DNA of 64,000 nucleotides, from the IMG/VR virus record IMGVR_UViG_3300050343_000163; one strand, 5' to 3'. The position numbers and the translations under genes are program-made. Origin of the DNA: a virus. This document shows, in pieces, positions 8,259 through 18,336 of the stretch. The notes under the pieces were generated by a model that made no database searches, was not told the origin of the DNA, and worked only from the letters and a program-made list of their open reading frames with translations. Each line of letters opens with the position of its first letter. Positions within the stretch are counted from its first letter, which is position 1.

Positions 8259-8948
8259 TTAGGGTCCGTCAAACAATACTTTATTAATATATTGGTCTGC
8301 CCAACGAGTACCAAAATAATTTTCTAAAATTTTTCTAGTTTTGTCATTTTTCTTTTGATTATTACAGTAATCTGACTGTGCTACCCATCTTTGTTCTGCT
8401 CCACTGTTATCCATAGTTGATTTCCAAACAGCACCAACAAATGCATCTAGATATTCGTCAACTACATGGCAAAATGTATCAATTTCATGATCATCATCTA
8501 GTCTTGCGAACTTACAGTACGGTGAAAAAATTGTACCCCATGCAGGAATCTCCCTGTTGTGTCTAAAACTATAGTATCTACTGATATCAGCAATATCTTC
8601 ATAGATTGGATGACATAGATCATCAACAGGAGAAATATCTGTGATAGCAGCAGTAACAATATTTTTGTTAGCTATAATATCAGCACCAAAAATAGGCAAA
8701 TCAAATTCAGGATCTGGATACCAAATACAATGTAGGATATCGAGTGGTCCTAGACTAGCAATTTCCATATGTACCTTACGTAATCCAGTACACATGTGCA
8801 TATCATTTTCGATGGTCAATCTACCATCTTGTGTTTCTTTATAGACTTCTTTAAATTCATCATCAACATCTAATTCCTCTATGTTAGGTAGAGTATTTTG
8901 ATGTTTACGAATAATACTAGCTAAGTCATTAATTATTTGTCTTCCCAT
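8259..8948 (-). CDS. pcyA: Phycocyanobilin:ferredoxin oxidoreductase
   Basis: RKVHMEI (Glu76 equivalent), DILHC (His88), FGADI (Asp105), AAITDISP, PAWGTIFSPYCKFAR and QKKNDKTR motifs of PcyA. Confidence 0.85.
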   Translation of the reverse strand: MGRQIINDLASIIRKHQNTLPNIEELDVDDEFKEVYKETQDGRLTIENDMHMCTGLRKVHMEIASLGPLDILHCIWYPDPEFDLPIFGADIIANKNIVTAAITDISPVDDLCHPIYEDIADISRYYSFRHNREIPAWGTIFSPYCKFARLDDDHEIDTFCHVVDEYLDAFVGAVWKSTMDNSGAEQRWVAQSDYCNNQKKNDKTRKILENYFGTRWADQYINKVLFDGP

Positions 8949-8950
8949 TT

Positions 8951-9577
8951 TTAAGCATAACTGAAAAAGAATTCTTTAATCAAGGTTTGAGATTTTTCCT
9001 TGCCAAATCTATTGGACAAATACCCAGATATAGGATCAAGTCTTATCATGTATCTGTCAAAATCAACATACTGTGTAGTATCAGTACCAATTGGTTGATG
9101 CTCATCTAGCATGTTTTTATAATATTGAATATATTTTGTAAACAAAGGAAGATGTTCATCTACCTCATCGGGTTTACAATATCTAACAATAAGATTGTCA
9201 GAAAAATGATTGCCTGCTTCAAAAAATCTATACGTTCCTTCTACTTTAGGTAGATCTGATGTATAAAACAAGTATTTTTCTACAGGGTGTTGAAAATCAA
9301 ACACAATAACAACTCTCTTGTCACTCATTCCCATAAGATCCATACCAAAACAGGGTAAGTTTGATCCTGTTCTGGGATACAATATGTTGTTATAAATGCT
9401 GCAAGATTTATCATCCCAAATTTCAACTTGTCTTGATTTGATTAGATGTTTACCTGAATACAAATCAGCAGTCAAGTTCACATCCTTATCATTAGTCCAT
9501 TCAGCATGTCGCTGAACAAATTTCATATCTGGAAAAACGTTTGCAAGAGATGTTTTGTAATTTTTCCAAAGGTCCAT
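8951..9577 (-). CDS. pebS: Phycoerythrobilin synthase
   Basis: IYNNILYP.TG.NLPCFGMDLM, VIVFDFQHP.EKYLF, YRFFE.GNHFS and LDP motifs match cyanophage PebS, with both catalytic Asp residues present. Confidence 0.92.
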   Translation of the reverse strand: MDLWKNYKTSLANVFPDMKFVQRHAEWTNDKDVNLTADLYSGKHLIKSRQVEIWDDKSCSIYNNILYPRTGSNLPCFGMDLMGMSDKRVVIVFDFQHPVEKYLFYTSDLPKVEGTYRFFEAGNHFSDNLIVRYCKPDEVDEHLPLFTKYIQYYKNMLDEHQPIGTDTTQYVDFDRYMIRLDPISGYLSNRFGKEKSQTLIKEFFFSYA

Positions 9578-9579
9578 AG

Positions 9580-10761
9580 TTATAATTTAAATCCTGCAAA
9601 AGTATCTTTCTTTACGTCTTGTTTAATACTACCAATTAGGTAAGATTCAACCTCTGTCTCCTGTGGAGCTACCTGCATACCCTTAGAGGATAACCAGTGT
9701 GCAGTCCAAGGAAGAGGGTTGTTGGTAATAGGAGTATCAAAGATTGCATTGAGTCCGATAGACTTCAAACGACGATTAGCAGTCCACTCAACGTATTTCT
9801 GTAGTAATTTATCATTCAAACCAATGATAGATCCATCTTTAAACAGATACTCTGCCCACTGCTTCTCTTCTTCTACAGAATCACGGAACATTTGATAAAC
9901 ATTCTCTTCCTCTTCCTTAGCAATTTCCCTCATTTCAGGGTCATCGTCTTTTTTCCAGTTGTTAAGAATGTTTTGAGTAACAGTCATGTGTTGAGATTCA
10001 TCTCTCGCAATAAGACCAATGATCTTAGCTGATCCTTCAAGGAGTTTAAGTTCACCGAAAGCAAAAGAACAAGCGAAAGATACGTAGAATCTAATGCCTT
10101 CAAGAATGTAGACATTAGCGACTGCTCTATATAGATTTCTCTTGAGATCGTTGATTTCCCACTTTGCTGTTGGGGAATCTTTCCAAGTATCCTTCCACAT
10201 GCTACCAGTTCCATATCTCTGAGCAATATTAATAAACTCATCGTATGCTTTAGTAACTGATTGTGCTCGTGAGAGGATCTTCTCGTCGTCTAGAATGTGG
10301 TCAAAGACAACAGAGGGGTCTGGATATACATTTTTAATAATATGTGTGTATGAACGACTATGAATCATCTCCATGGTCTGCCAGATGTTCATACATCCTT
10401 CTAGCTCGGGTAAAGAACAATAAGGCATGAAAGCCATGCCAGGACCACGACCTTGTACAGAGTCCAAGAGGATTTGATATTTGAGATTGCTAGTAAATAT
10501 GTGTTTTTGTGCATTGTTTAATGTTTGATAATCTGCTCTATCTTTCTGCAGAGATACTTCTTCAGGTCTCCAGAAAAAACCAAGTTGATTTTGTGTCAAC
10601 TTATCAAAAATGGGATACCTAAATTTGTCATATCTCTGTACTCCCAGAGGAGGACCAAAGAACATAGTTTGTTTAGTTGTATCTACTTGATCAGTATTGA
10701 ATACTGTCATGCCTTCTACACTACTCATGGGTTCGTTAGTTCTAAATTTTGCAACTGTCAC
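9580..10761 (-). CDS. nrdB: Ribonucleotide reductase class Ia beta subunit
   Basis: FWRPEE, QILLDSVQGR, EMIHSRSY, LEGIRFYVSFAC, ARDESQH, APQETE. The 485 aa track ORF is over-extended; the GTG start at 10761 overlaps the nrdA end (ATG 10728 is an alternative). Confidence 0.95.
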   Translation of the reverse strand: MTVAKFRTNEPMSSVEGMTVFNTDQVDTTKQTMFFGPPLGVQRYDKFRYPIFDKLTQNQLGFFWRPEEVSLQKDRADYQTLNNAQKHIFTSNLKYQILLDSVQGRGPGMAFMPYCSLPELEGCMNIWQTMEMIHSRSYTHIIKNVYPDPSVVFDHILDDEKILSRAQSVTKAYDEFINIAQRYGTGSMWKDTWKDSPTAKWEINDLKRNLYRAVANVYILEGIRFYVSFACSFAFGELKLLEGSAKIIGLIARDESQHMTVTQNILNNWKKDDDPEMREIAKEEEENVYQMFRDSVEEEKQWAEYLFKDGSIIGLNDKLLQKYVEWTANRRLKSIGLNAIFDTPITNNPLPWTAHWLSSKGMQVAPQETEVESYLIGSIKQDVKKDTFAGFKL

Positions 10762-13057
10762 AATCTTCTTCCTCTGTTTCCAAAATGTTTGTAAGTAAAT
10801 CTTCGATACTCTGTTTCTTTTCGTCTGTAAATTCAGGTTCTTCTCCTTTTTGATCGTATGTATTTTGATAGTAGGAAGTCTTCCATCCATACTTATATGT
10901 TTTAAGAAGGTCACCTGCCATAACTGATACAGGTACTTCATTATTGTCATAATTTTCTGGGTTATAGCTCCAGTTGCCAGAAATTGCTTGGTCAAAGAAT
11001 TTTTGCATGGCAGATACAATTTTAATGTACCCATCATTATCCTTCATATCCCACAGCAATGTATAATTGGTTTTTAATGTGCCGTATTGTGGAACAATCT
11101 GCTTAAGAGGTCCTTTCTTTGATTTTTTAGTGGACAAGAATCCTCTAGGTGGTTCGATTCCATTGGTTGCGTTTGACACAACGGAACTACTCTCTGAAGG
11201 CATTTGTGCGGACAGTGTTGAGTGCCTAAGACCGTGGGTGACGATAGATTCTCTAAGATTTTCCCAATCATGACTTAAATCCGCCCCACAGAACTCATCA
11301 ATGTCACGCTTGTAAGTGTCGATTGGGAGGATACCATCTGCATACTTTGTTCTATCGAAATAACCACACTTACCTTTTTCTTTGGCAAGGGTGTTACTTG
11401 ACTTGAGTAGATAGAACTGGAAAGATTCAGACAAGTCGTGGACTGATTTCCATGCTGCAGGGTTGTCATATTTATATCCATGTTTTGCTAGGTAGTGTGA
11501 TAGTCCGATGTAACCAATACCAAGAGAACGACGATTGATAGTGCTACGTTTTGCAGCTTCTACAGGATAGTTCTGATAGTCAATTAATTCCTCTAGACCA
11601 CGGACTGCTAGGTCACAGAGATTTTCCAATTCATCTAACTTGTTGATCTTACCAACGTTGATAGCAGATAGAATGCACAATGCAATCTCTCCTTCACCAT
11701 CAATATGGTTAAGTGGTACAGTAGGTAGGGTAATCTCTTGACAGAGGTTACTCATATTAATCTTGTCTTTGAAAGAAGAATGCTCGTTGCAGTGATCAAT
11801 ATTCATGATATAGATACGACCAGTCTCTGCTCTCTCCTTAAGCAATGAAAGAATTAATTCCTGTGCCCCGATAGTCTTTCTCGGAACAGCATCATTGAGT
11901 TCATGCATCCGATATAGAGTGTCAAAGTCATCAGTACCAAAAGCATCATAGAGACCTGGTACGTCATGCGGTGAGAATAAGCTAACCTCTCCATTCTCAA
12001 TGAAACGTTCGTAGAAAAGTTTTGAAATTTGGATTGAGTAGTCAAGTTTCCTCACTCGATTGTCTTCTGTACCTTTGTTGTTCTTGAGAACAAGGATGTC
12101 TTCTATTTCTTGGTGCCAGATTGGGAAGTGGACTGTTGCCGATCCTCCTCTGATTCCGTTTTGTGTACAGCATCGTACAGTCGATTCAAATTTTTTAAGG
12201 AAAGGAACAACGCCAGTGTGCTGTACTTCTCCGCCTCGGATTTTAGCGTTGATGCCCCTGATACGACCTGCGTTGATACCAATGCCAGCCCTCTGAGCGA
12301 CATAGCGACCGATGGCCATATCACTACTAAAAATACTATCCAAGGTGTCGTCAGCATCAACCAGAACGCAAGACGCAAACTGCCGAAGAGGCGTTCTAAC
12401 ACCTGCCATGATTGGCGTTGGGATGTTGATTTTGTGTTTGCTGATTGCGTTGTAGTATTTTTGGACATATTCAAGACGATTGTCTGTGTAATTTTGGAAT
12501 AGTGTTACTGCAATCATCATGTACATGTACTGGGGTGATTCGTAAACCACACCAGAGCTACGATCCTGAACAAGATATTTATCCACTACCTGACGTAAAC
12601 CAGCATAGGTGAATATCATATCACGTTCATGATCAATCCAAGAATTGATCTTGCTCCACTCTTCCTTTGTATATTTACCTAGGATATCTTTATCATAAAC
12701 TTGTTTGTCAGTGCAGTGACATGCATGATCATAAACACTAGGAAGACCTTGGACCCATTCGGATCCAAAAACCTGTTTGTAGACAGCATAAAGTAGAAGA
12801 CGAGCAGCAACAAACTGATAGTTAGGAGAATCTAAATTAATCAAATCACTTGCCGAACGAATCAAAATTTCTTGAATGTCTTTGGTTTCAATTCCATCAA
12901 AGAATTGTAGACCAGAGTTCATCTCTACCTGAGAGGCACTCACACCGCTCCCTAACCCTTCGCAAGCTTCTTCTACTACCTTGTGAATCTTATCTAGGTT
13001 GAGGGCGGTCTCAGACCCGTCACGCTTGCGAACTTTAATTCCATGTCCGTTTGTCAT
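10742..13057 (-). CDS. nrdA: Ribonucleotide reductase class Ia alpha subunit
   Basis: ATP-cone (VRKRDG), PTPIMAG, QFASC, GGIRGGSA, SNLCQEI, C-terminal CDSC. Confidence 0.97.
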   Translation of the reverse strand: MTNGHGIKVRKRDGSETALNLDKIHKVVEEACEGLGSGVSASQVEMNSGLQFFDGIETKDIQEILIRSASDLINLDSPNYQFVAARLLLYAVYKQVFGSEWVQGLPSVYDHACHCTDKQVYDKDILGKYTKEEWSKINSWIDHERDMIFTYAGLRQVVDKYLVQDRSSGVVYESPQYMYMMIAVTLFQNYTDNRLEYVQKYYNAISKHKINIPTPIMAGVRTPLRQFASCVLVDADDTLDSIFSSDMAIGRYVAQRAGIGINAGRIRGINAKIRGGEVQHTGVVPFLKKFESTVRCCTQNGIRGGSATVHFPIWHQEIEDILVLKNNKGTEDNRVRKLDYSIQISKLFYERFIENGEVSLFSPHDVPGLYDAFGTDDFDTLYRMHELNDAVPRKTIGAQELILSLLKERAETGRIYIMNIDHCNEHSSFKDKINMSNLCQEITLPTVPLNHIDGEGEIALCILSAINVGKINKLDELENLCDLAVRGLEELIDYQNYPVEAAKRSTINRRSLGIGYIGLSHYLAKHGYKYDNPAAWKSVHDLSESFQFYLLKSSNTLAKEKGKCGYFDRTKYADGILPIDTYKRDIDEFCGADLSHDWENLRESIVTHGLRHSTLSAQMPSESSSVVSNATNGIEPPRGFLSTKKSKKGPLKQIVPQYGTLKTNYTLLWDMKDNDGYIKIVSAMQKFFDQAISGNWSYNPENYDNNEVPVSVMAGDLLKTYKYGWKTSYYQNTYDQKGEEPEFTDEKKQSIEDLLTNILETEEEDCDSCKI

Positions 13058-14043
13058 ACTTTTTTCCAATCGTTAAATTTAAGGGTTGCGGTTAATCCCT
13101 GATAGACGTTTGATTCTACCAAAGTTTGAACATCATGTCCAGCTAAGTGCATGTCATTGATGTCTTTTTGTTGTATAGTTTTTGGCCAGATGATTACTTT
13201 ATCTCCTCTGTCAATTGACTTGGAGATTCTGGCGACGATTTCTCGATTGCGTGGTTCGTTATCATAAATCCAAATATGATTGCTCCAACCAAACGTCCTA
13301 ATATCAATATCGGAACCAGCCATGGCAACCGAGTTTTTAATAAACGTTGAGTCAAAGGGTCCTTCTACAATGTAAATTGATTCGTCTGTGTTAATCCTAT
13401 CCTGTCCAAAGATTTTTGGTTTGTCTTCATCGAGCATGATCGTAATGTATCTTAGTTTTGCCTGAGGGGCGAGCGATCTGCCTTGGTATCCAAACAGGTT
13501 ACCTTCTTTGTCTTTAAACGGGATAATAATACGTGGTGAATCTTGTCTTAAGGTATCAAATGTCTTCTTTCTCTTATTTGTCCAATCTTTAAACTTTGGA
13601 CAATAGTAAAAATAATCTAAGTCTTTGATACCACGTTGCTCAAGATAAACTCGTGCTGGGTGAGAATTATTTAGCTCTGAAATCTTCTCAAGATCTATAT
13701 CTTTTTTAACAAATTTTGGTTTGGAAAAAATGAGTTTAGGATTTGGAGTTGCAGTACCCTTGCCAGTGCTACCTTCTTTAAATTTCTCCATGATATATTG
13801 ATCATAGAGATGTGTATCTTGATCTTTTAAAAAATTAGCAAGAGATCTACCTACGCCACAATTGTGACATTTATAAGTAAAATTGTTTTTAATCTTAAAC
13901 AAATACCCCCTCGCTTTGTTGCGTCTCTTTTGCGAGTCACCACAGTAAGGACACCTGAAATTATACAGGTCTGCCTTCTTACGACTGAAAAGAGTCAAGC
14001 GAGGGGATATTAAATTTATGTACTTAACGTCAAGATAACTCAA
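13054..14043 (-). CDS. g61: DNA primase (gp61)
   Basis: FRCPYCGDS, KCHNC zinc finger, VEGPFDS TOPRIM, KDINDM. Confidence 0.95.
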   Translation of the reverse strand: MSYLDVKYINLISPRLTLFSRKKADLYNFRCPYCGDSQKRRNKARGYLFKIKNNFTYKCHNCGVGRSLANFLKDQDTHLYDQYIMEKFKEGSTGKGTATPNPKLIFSKPKFVKKDIDLEKISELNNSHPARVYLEQRGIKDLDYFYYCPKFKDWTNKRKKTFDTLRQDSPRIIIPFKDKEGNLFGYQGRSLAPQAKLRYITIMLDEDKPKIFGQDRINTDESIYIVEGPFDSTFIKNSVAMAGSDIDIRTFGWSNHIWIYDNEPRNREIVARISKSIDRGDKVIIWPKTIQQKDINDMHLAGHDVQTLVESNVYQGLTATLKFNDWKKV

Positions 14044-14428
14044 TGAGAGAGGTTTGCACTGCGCTCATATTAGCAGAAGGTTGAGCAGGTGTCAATGACC
14101 TAAGCAATGCTTGACCTGGCACACTGACCAAGAATGAGATCACAGCGAGTCCACCAAAGATAGACCACATCTTTTTCTCCATCATTCTGAGTCTATCATC
14201 TACAAGACGGATGTCTCTCTCACATCCTTTCTTGATAGCATCAGTTTCTTTGTTAAGATCTGAATGGATTCTATCTATCTTTTCAAATAGAATTCCATCG
14301 ACTTCACCTTGTTTAGCTAGTTTTTCATTATGTACAGCAAGCAATTGACCCATCTTTACAGAATTTTCCTGTAAGGAGTCTACAACTTTTTCTAACCTTT
14401 CTAGGATAGCTGAGTTGATGTCTGACAT
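14030..14428 (-). CDS. Hypothetical coiled-coil protein with C-terminal TM segment
   Basis: Heptad-rich sequence followed by WSIFGGLAVISFLVSV. Confidence 0.7.
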   Translation of the reverse strand: MSDINSAILERLEKVVDSLQENSVKMGQLLAVHNEKLAKQGEVDGILFEKIDRIHSDLNKETDAIKKGCERDIRLVDDRLRMMEKKMWSIFGGLAVISFLVSVPGQALLRSLTPAQPSANMSAVQTSLIELS

Positions 14429-14434
14429 ATCCTT

Positions 14435-15106
14435 TTAGACGTTGCGAACAGCGAAATCTAGAGCGGATTGATAAGAAGCAGCATTTTTATTCAGCATATA
14501 CTGAAACTGTGGCTTATGTGTGTCGTCTAGTTGTGCATAACAAGCAGCAATTCTCTTAGCAGAGAAGTTATCTAGGTTTTGTACTCCACCATCAGAGAAC
14601 TGGATCTTAGCAAATGAACCTTCGCCTGCGGGGTTAAGTTCAGATGTTGCAACATCAAGTGCAACTTGGATTACATCTTGGTTTTCATTCATAGTATTAG
14701 TAGTCACTTCAGTTTGTTCTTTTTTAAGTTTTTTTGTTTGATCAGACGCTTTCTTTTTAAAATCAGAAAGACGTGCTTTCATTAGCGTATCCATTTCTTT
14801 GGTTTTACGCATCATTTTTTCTTTTGCTTCTCCACGTTTCTTCTGGAGATCTTTTTGACGACCCAGTTTCTTACCCTGAGTAATCTGTTTTTGAGCTCTC
14901 TCAGTATCTGTAGACAGAGCTTCGGTTACGTTTGTGTCTTCTTTCATTTTTCTTTTTTGGATACGGTCGAAGAGAGAGCGAGCACCTTTAGAGCGCCCGT
15001 CAATATTTTCATTACCTTTTTTATATGCACGATGTTGTCTAGGATTTACCATGACAAATGCAGGTGGTAACTGGAGACCAGAACCATCCCCTGCGGAATT
15101 AATCAT
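14435..15106 (-). CDS. Conserved T4-like cyanophage hypothetical protein
   Basis: MINSAGDGSGLQLPPAFVMV...; C-terminal LDNFSAKRIAACY domain. Confidence 0.7.
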   Translation of the reverse strand: MINSAGDGSGLQLPPAFVMVNPRQHRAYKKGNENIDGRSKGARSLFDRIQKRKMKEDTNVTEALSTDTERAQKQITQGKKLGRQKDLQKKRGEAKEKMMRKTKEMDTLMKARLSDFKKKASDQTKKLKKEQTEVTTNTMNENQDVIQVALDVATSELNPAGEGSFAKIQFSDGGVQNLDNFSAKRIAACYAQLDDTHKPQFQYMLNKNAASYQSALDFAVRNV

Positions 15107-15111
15107 TTCTT

Positions 15112-15468
15112 CTATATTAGGTTTAGTTCCTTTAGACATTCCTGGTCAACATCCTCATTAAGTTTGGGTGGTAATCTATTTAGAAACAACATGAACGCCT
15201 TGATTACAGACCAATATGTTGCTTCTATTCTGTAAAATAGCAGTGGGGTTGCTGCATCATCAAAAACATTATATAAAACTATCACATGATTAAGTAATAG
15301 GTGAGTCTTTAACTCTCCCGTTGTCTCGTATCTCTTCAGTAGTCTTTTAATATACTTAAATCTCTTTAAGTCTTCTTCAAAATCTGAATAAGTTACGGAC
15401 AACGGGTTGTTATAATTTTGAATTGCAAAGAATAACCAGTTTTCATGGTTCAGTTCACTTATATTCAT
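15112..15468 (-). CDS. Conserved hypothetical protein
   Basis: MNISELNHENWLFFAIQNYNNP...DLKRFKYIKRLL, a common T4-like phage family. Confidence 0.75.
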   Translation of the reverse strand: MNISELNHENWLFFAIQNYNNPLSVTYSDFEEDLKRFKYIKRLLKRYETTGELKTHLLLNHVIVLYNVFDDAATPLLFYRIEATYWSVIKAFMLFLNRLPPKLNEDVDQECLKELNLI

Positions 15469-15471
15469 TCA

Positions 15472-16089
15472 TTAGCTACCGAATGTTAGTGTTGCTGCAC
15501 CATTAGACATTACTTCTTCAGTACCACCCGCAGAGGTGATCTTGACTCTAAACTTGTTACCGTCCAGAGTATCGCCAGCGAGACCACTGTAAGCAAGAGT
15601 TGCTGTCGTGAAGTCTGCATAAGTAATACCTGTGTCTGTGCCAGCAGCGATGTTAACCCAACGCTTACCAGTTGCAGTTTGACGCTGCCACTGATATGCA
15701 AGTGCTCCAGGTGTTCCTGTTGTCGTAGTGGTGAGGGTGTAAGTACCAGCACCCGAAGAAGATGTAGAGTTAGCAGGTTGAACCGTAATGGTTACTGCCG
15801 ATGCTACGTCTGCTGCGATAGTGTCATCAGTTTGTGTCTCGTTAGAATTGAGATCAGGGTTAGCGATATTCACAAGTTGCTCTGCTTTATGGCGAGTGTT
15901 GCCATCCGCATCAGTATATGTGAAATAGGACCACCAACCAGGAGCGGTGATACCACGGGATCTAGTTTCTGCTAGTTGCGCCTCAGTTTTGTCAACAAAG
16001 ACAGTTGTTTTTGCTTGACTTGACGCTGCAATGCCCACACCAGCTTTGGTTTTGTTTGCATTGCTGTCAGTTCTTCCGTAAAGGGACAT
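15472..16089 (-). CDS. Late/virion protein with Ig-like C-terminal domain
   Basis: MSLYGRTD start, YQWQRQ...FRVKITS beta-sandwich pattern. Late promoter TATAAATA at 16126-16133. Confidence 0.7.
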   Translation of the reverse strand: MSLYGRTDSNANKTKAGVGIAASSQAKTTVFVDKTEAQLAETRSRGITAPGWWSYFTYTDADGNTRHKAEQLVNIANPDLNSNETQTDDTIAADVASAVTITVQPANSTSSSGAGTYTLTTTTTGTPGALAYQWQRQTATGKRWVNIAAGTDTGITYADFTTATLAYSGLAGDTLDGNKFRVKITSAGGTEEVMSNGAATLTFGS

Positions 16090-16125
16090 TGACGTGTGCT
16101 CCGAATATTACTATTATCTAATGTT

Positions 16126-16153
16126 TATTTATAAAAAGGGGGATTGCTCCCCC
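16126..16153 (-). terminator. Rho-independent terminator overlapping a late promoter
   Basis: GGGGGAGCAATCCCCC hairpin plus TTTTT, running directly into TATAAATA. Confidence 0.75.
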
Positions 16154-16160
16154 TAGAGTA

Positions 16161-16361
16161 TTACTCTTCTCTTGCTTTAATAGCAGCGGTCACAGTTTCA
16201 AGTAGTTTGTCATCCATATCGGTCTTAGTCAGTTTAACTGCCTTACCGAGAATAACTAAACAGATATCAATCAGTTTTTCTCCAAGTTCCTCGTTTTCAG
16301 GGATCTTGGAAACTGCGTCTGAAATTACTTTTGTTGCGAGTGGTAATAGAAAGGATAGCAT
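16161..16361 (-). CDS. Hypothetical protein
   Basis: 66 aa ORF with AATAAATA late promoter at 16386-16393. Confidence 0.7.
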   Translation of the reverse strand: MLSFLLPLATKVISDAVSKIPENEELGEKLIDICLVILGKAVKLTKTDMDDKLLETVTAAIKAREE

Positions 16362-16388
16362 AATCTTAAATCATATTGCATAGCCTAT

Positions 16389-16751
16389 TTATTTCTCCCA
16401 CTCGTCTAAGATATCAGTAATCTTTGACATGAATTGTTTGAAAGTTAATAAAGTACCAGAACGATAGTCACGGCGTGCTTTTTGAACACCACCCTCAAAT
16501 GATTCTTTTACTTTTCTTTCTTCAATAGGATCAAATCCTCTTCCTTTTACAACAGAAGACCACGGTGCATACAAAGGACCTTGATAGTTCTTTGCTTCAT
16601 TAGTTGCGCGGGTGGTCATCCCTTTCTTACCATCAGGAATATTAGGCATCACTTCTACATTACCAGATTTTTTATTCTTTAGTTTAGATTTTACCTTCTT
16701 TTCCTTTTCATCGCAACCGCACTCTTCACGGAACTTATCAAAGGATTTCAT
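16389..16751 (-). CDS. Hypothetical protein
   Basis: 120 aa ORF, ATGA-coupled. Confidence 0.7.
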   Translation of the reverse strand: MKSFDKFREECGCDEKEKKVKSKLKNKKSGNVEVMPNIPDGKKGMTTRATNEAKNYQGPLYAPWSSVVKGRGFDPIEERKVKESFEGGVQKARRDYRSGTLLTFKQFMSKITDILDEWEK

Positions 16752-17545
16752 TTTTTCTTCTTCGTCATTGAGATGATTTTAGTGACCTTCTTACGACGTG
16801 CATGTAAATACTTGTCAGACTTATCTACATCACCATCGTTATCGATGTCAGCATCTGCCTTACCAACTGGGTCGAGTTTCTTCTCAGTTAGTTCAACCTC
16901 TTCTTTCTTAGCAGTCTTTGCTGCTTTCTTGAATGCATCCTTAGCAGGATAGTCTTCACTACCTGCTTTTGCAGGTGCTTCCCCACGCTTTCTCTTAGCA
17001 TGGATATTAGCATAAAGTCCTTTCTTTGCTTCTTCTAGCTCTTCACCATCATGCTCAATGACCTTACCGTCAGCATCTTTTTGATGATGCTCTGTTACTT
17101 CCTCTTCCTTTACACAGTTAGGAACTTCTTTACCACCTTTCTTCTTAGTTCCCTTTGCCTTATATCCTTTCCAGCATGTAGAAGCACCAACGTTATCACG
17201 AGCTGCTGCCATACCTTCAGTAGCATATCTCCTCTTCTCTAGGACATAAACTTCACCATCAATTTCAACCTCCTCTCTTTCTAAAACTTCGTACTCTTCC
17301 TTAGTAGCTAGTTGTGCTTTAGGTGACTCCTTCTTAGGTCCCTTTTTCTTTGTCGTAATTTTTTCCAGTTCAGCACCATTGGATTGTGGATCCATTCCAT
17401 CAAAAGGAGCTTCGGATAAATGCAAGTCAGGCATCTCAGTGTTCTGGAAGCAATCGCCACCCATCCACTTACCATACTGTTCCATCAGTCCAGATGAAAA
17501 CTCGTCACTGTGTCTTACTTTATTAATAGGATCTGGCTTCTTCAT
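16748..17545 (-). CDS. Highly charged late protein with EF-hand-like DxDxDG loop
   Basis: DADIDNDGDVDKSD near the C-terminus; GLYANIHAKRKRG and CWKGY...VPNCV modules. TATAAATA at 17572-17579. Confidence 0.7.
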   Translation of the reverse strand: MKKPDPINKVRHSDEFSSGLMEQYGKWMGGDCFQNTEMPDLHLSEAPFDGMDPQSNGAELEKITTKKKGPKKESPKAQLATKEEYEVLEREEVEIDGEVYVLEKRRYATEGMAAARDNVGASTCWKGYKAKGTKKKGGKEVPNCVKEEEVTEHHQKDADGKVIEHDGEELEEAKKGLYANIHAKRKRGEAPAKAGSEDYPAKDAFKKAAKTAKKEEVELTEKKLDPVGKADADIDNDGDVDKSDKYLHARRKKVTKIISMTKKKK

Positions 17546-17548
17546 TTC

Positions 17549-17776
17549 TTAAAGGGAGGTTCTTCTCGTATTATTTATAGATCTAATGTTCTTAATCCAT
17601 TCACGAAACATATTTCCTTCTTCAGAAATAATGATAGCGTAGTTGCCACCTGCTCTATGAATGTGTCCTTTGTCTCCTGTACGTGATGACATAACAATAT
17701 CACCTTCTTTGAAAACTTCATCCTGCCGTTGTTGTTGACGGAGTGCTTCTTCACGCAACTTCTTAAAATCTTTCAT
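17549..17776 (-). CDS. Hypothetical protein (SH3-like)
   Basis: 75 aa, FKEGDIV...G.I...GGNY pattern. Confidence 0.65.
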   Translation of the reverse strand: MKDFKKLREEALRQQQRQDEVFKEGDIVMSSRTGDKGHIHRAGGNYAIIISEEGNMFREWIKNIRSINNTRRTSL

Positions 17777-18336
17777 TTAAAATTCTTAGGTAGTGCCATT
17801 GCAATCTCTGCCATAAGAGCACGACAATCACGATCATTTAATGCTCTGGGAATACCCTTTCTGAATGTATCAAAGTCACCAGCATGTGCTGCACGTCTCA
17901 TCTTAGTTCCAGAAATGGCAAAGGTATCGCCATCAGCGTCTCTACTTCCAGAAGATTGGATATCAATTTTACGGAATGAGAAATCTTTACCATTATATTT
18001 ATGGAGGAACTGCATAGCAGCAACTCTGTCAGAACCTACAAGGAATATAACTTCATTGTATCCTGCAAGCATAATGTCCTGTAAAATTTTAACTGGATCT
18101 CTAGGACCACTATAAATTTTACCTTTATGTTCAGGAAACATCTTATCCATATAAAACTTTTTACGATCTGGTGGCAATGGATTGCTACCTTTTGTATCTA
18201 CAGTTTGTGAAATGTAGATACGATAATCATGTAACCCTGCAGCTGCTTTTACGCCAGCAAAGTTATCTTTGTGTCCTGTAGTAGGTGGTTGAAACCTACC
18301 AAATGTAAAATAGCACTTGTTACAATTTAACGCCAT
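17773..18336 (-). CDS. Cytidyltransferase-like / NMNAT-like nucleotidyltransferase
   Basis: FGRFQPPTTGH (HIGH-type), VGSDR and ISGTKMR motifs. Confidence 0.85.
   Translation of the reverse strand: MALNCNKCYFTFGRFQPPTTGHKDNFAGVKAAAGLHDYRIYISQTVDTKGSNPLPPDRKKFYMDKMFPEHKGKIYSGPRDPVKILQDIMLAGYNEVIFLVGSDRVAAMQFLHKYNGKDFSFRKIDIQSSGSRDADGDTFAISGTKMRRAAHAGDFDTFRKGIPRALNDRDCRALMAEIAMALPKNFK

Noticed and set aside
10762-11037. 92 aa N-terminal extension of nrdB in the ORF track (485 aa)
   Set aside because: It is an open frame overlapping the nrdA 3' end. NrdB-like sequence starts only at MTVAKF/MSSVEG, so there is no evidence of a fusion or insert.
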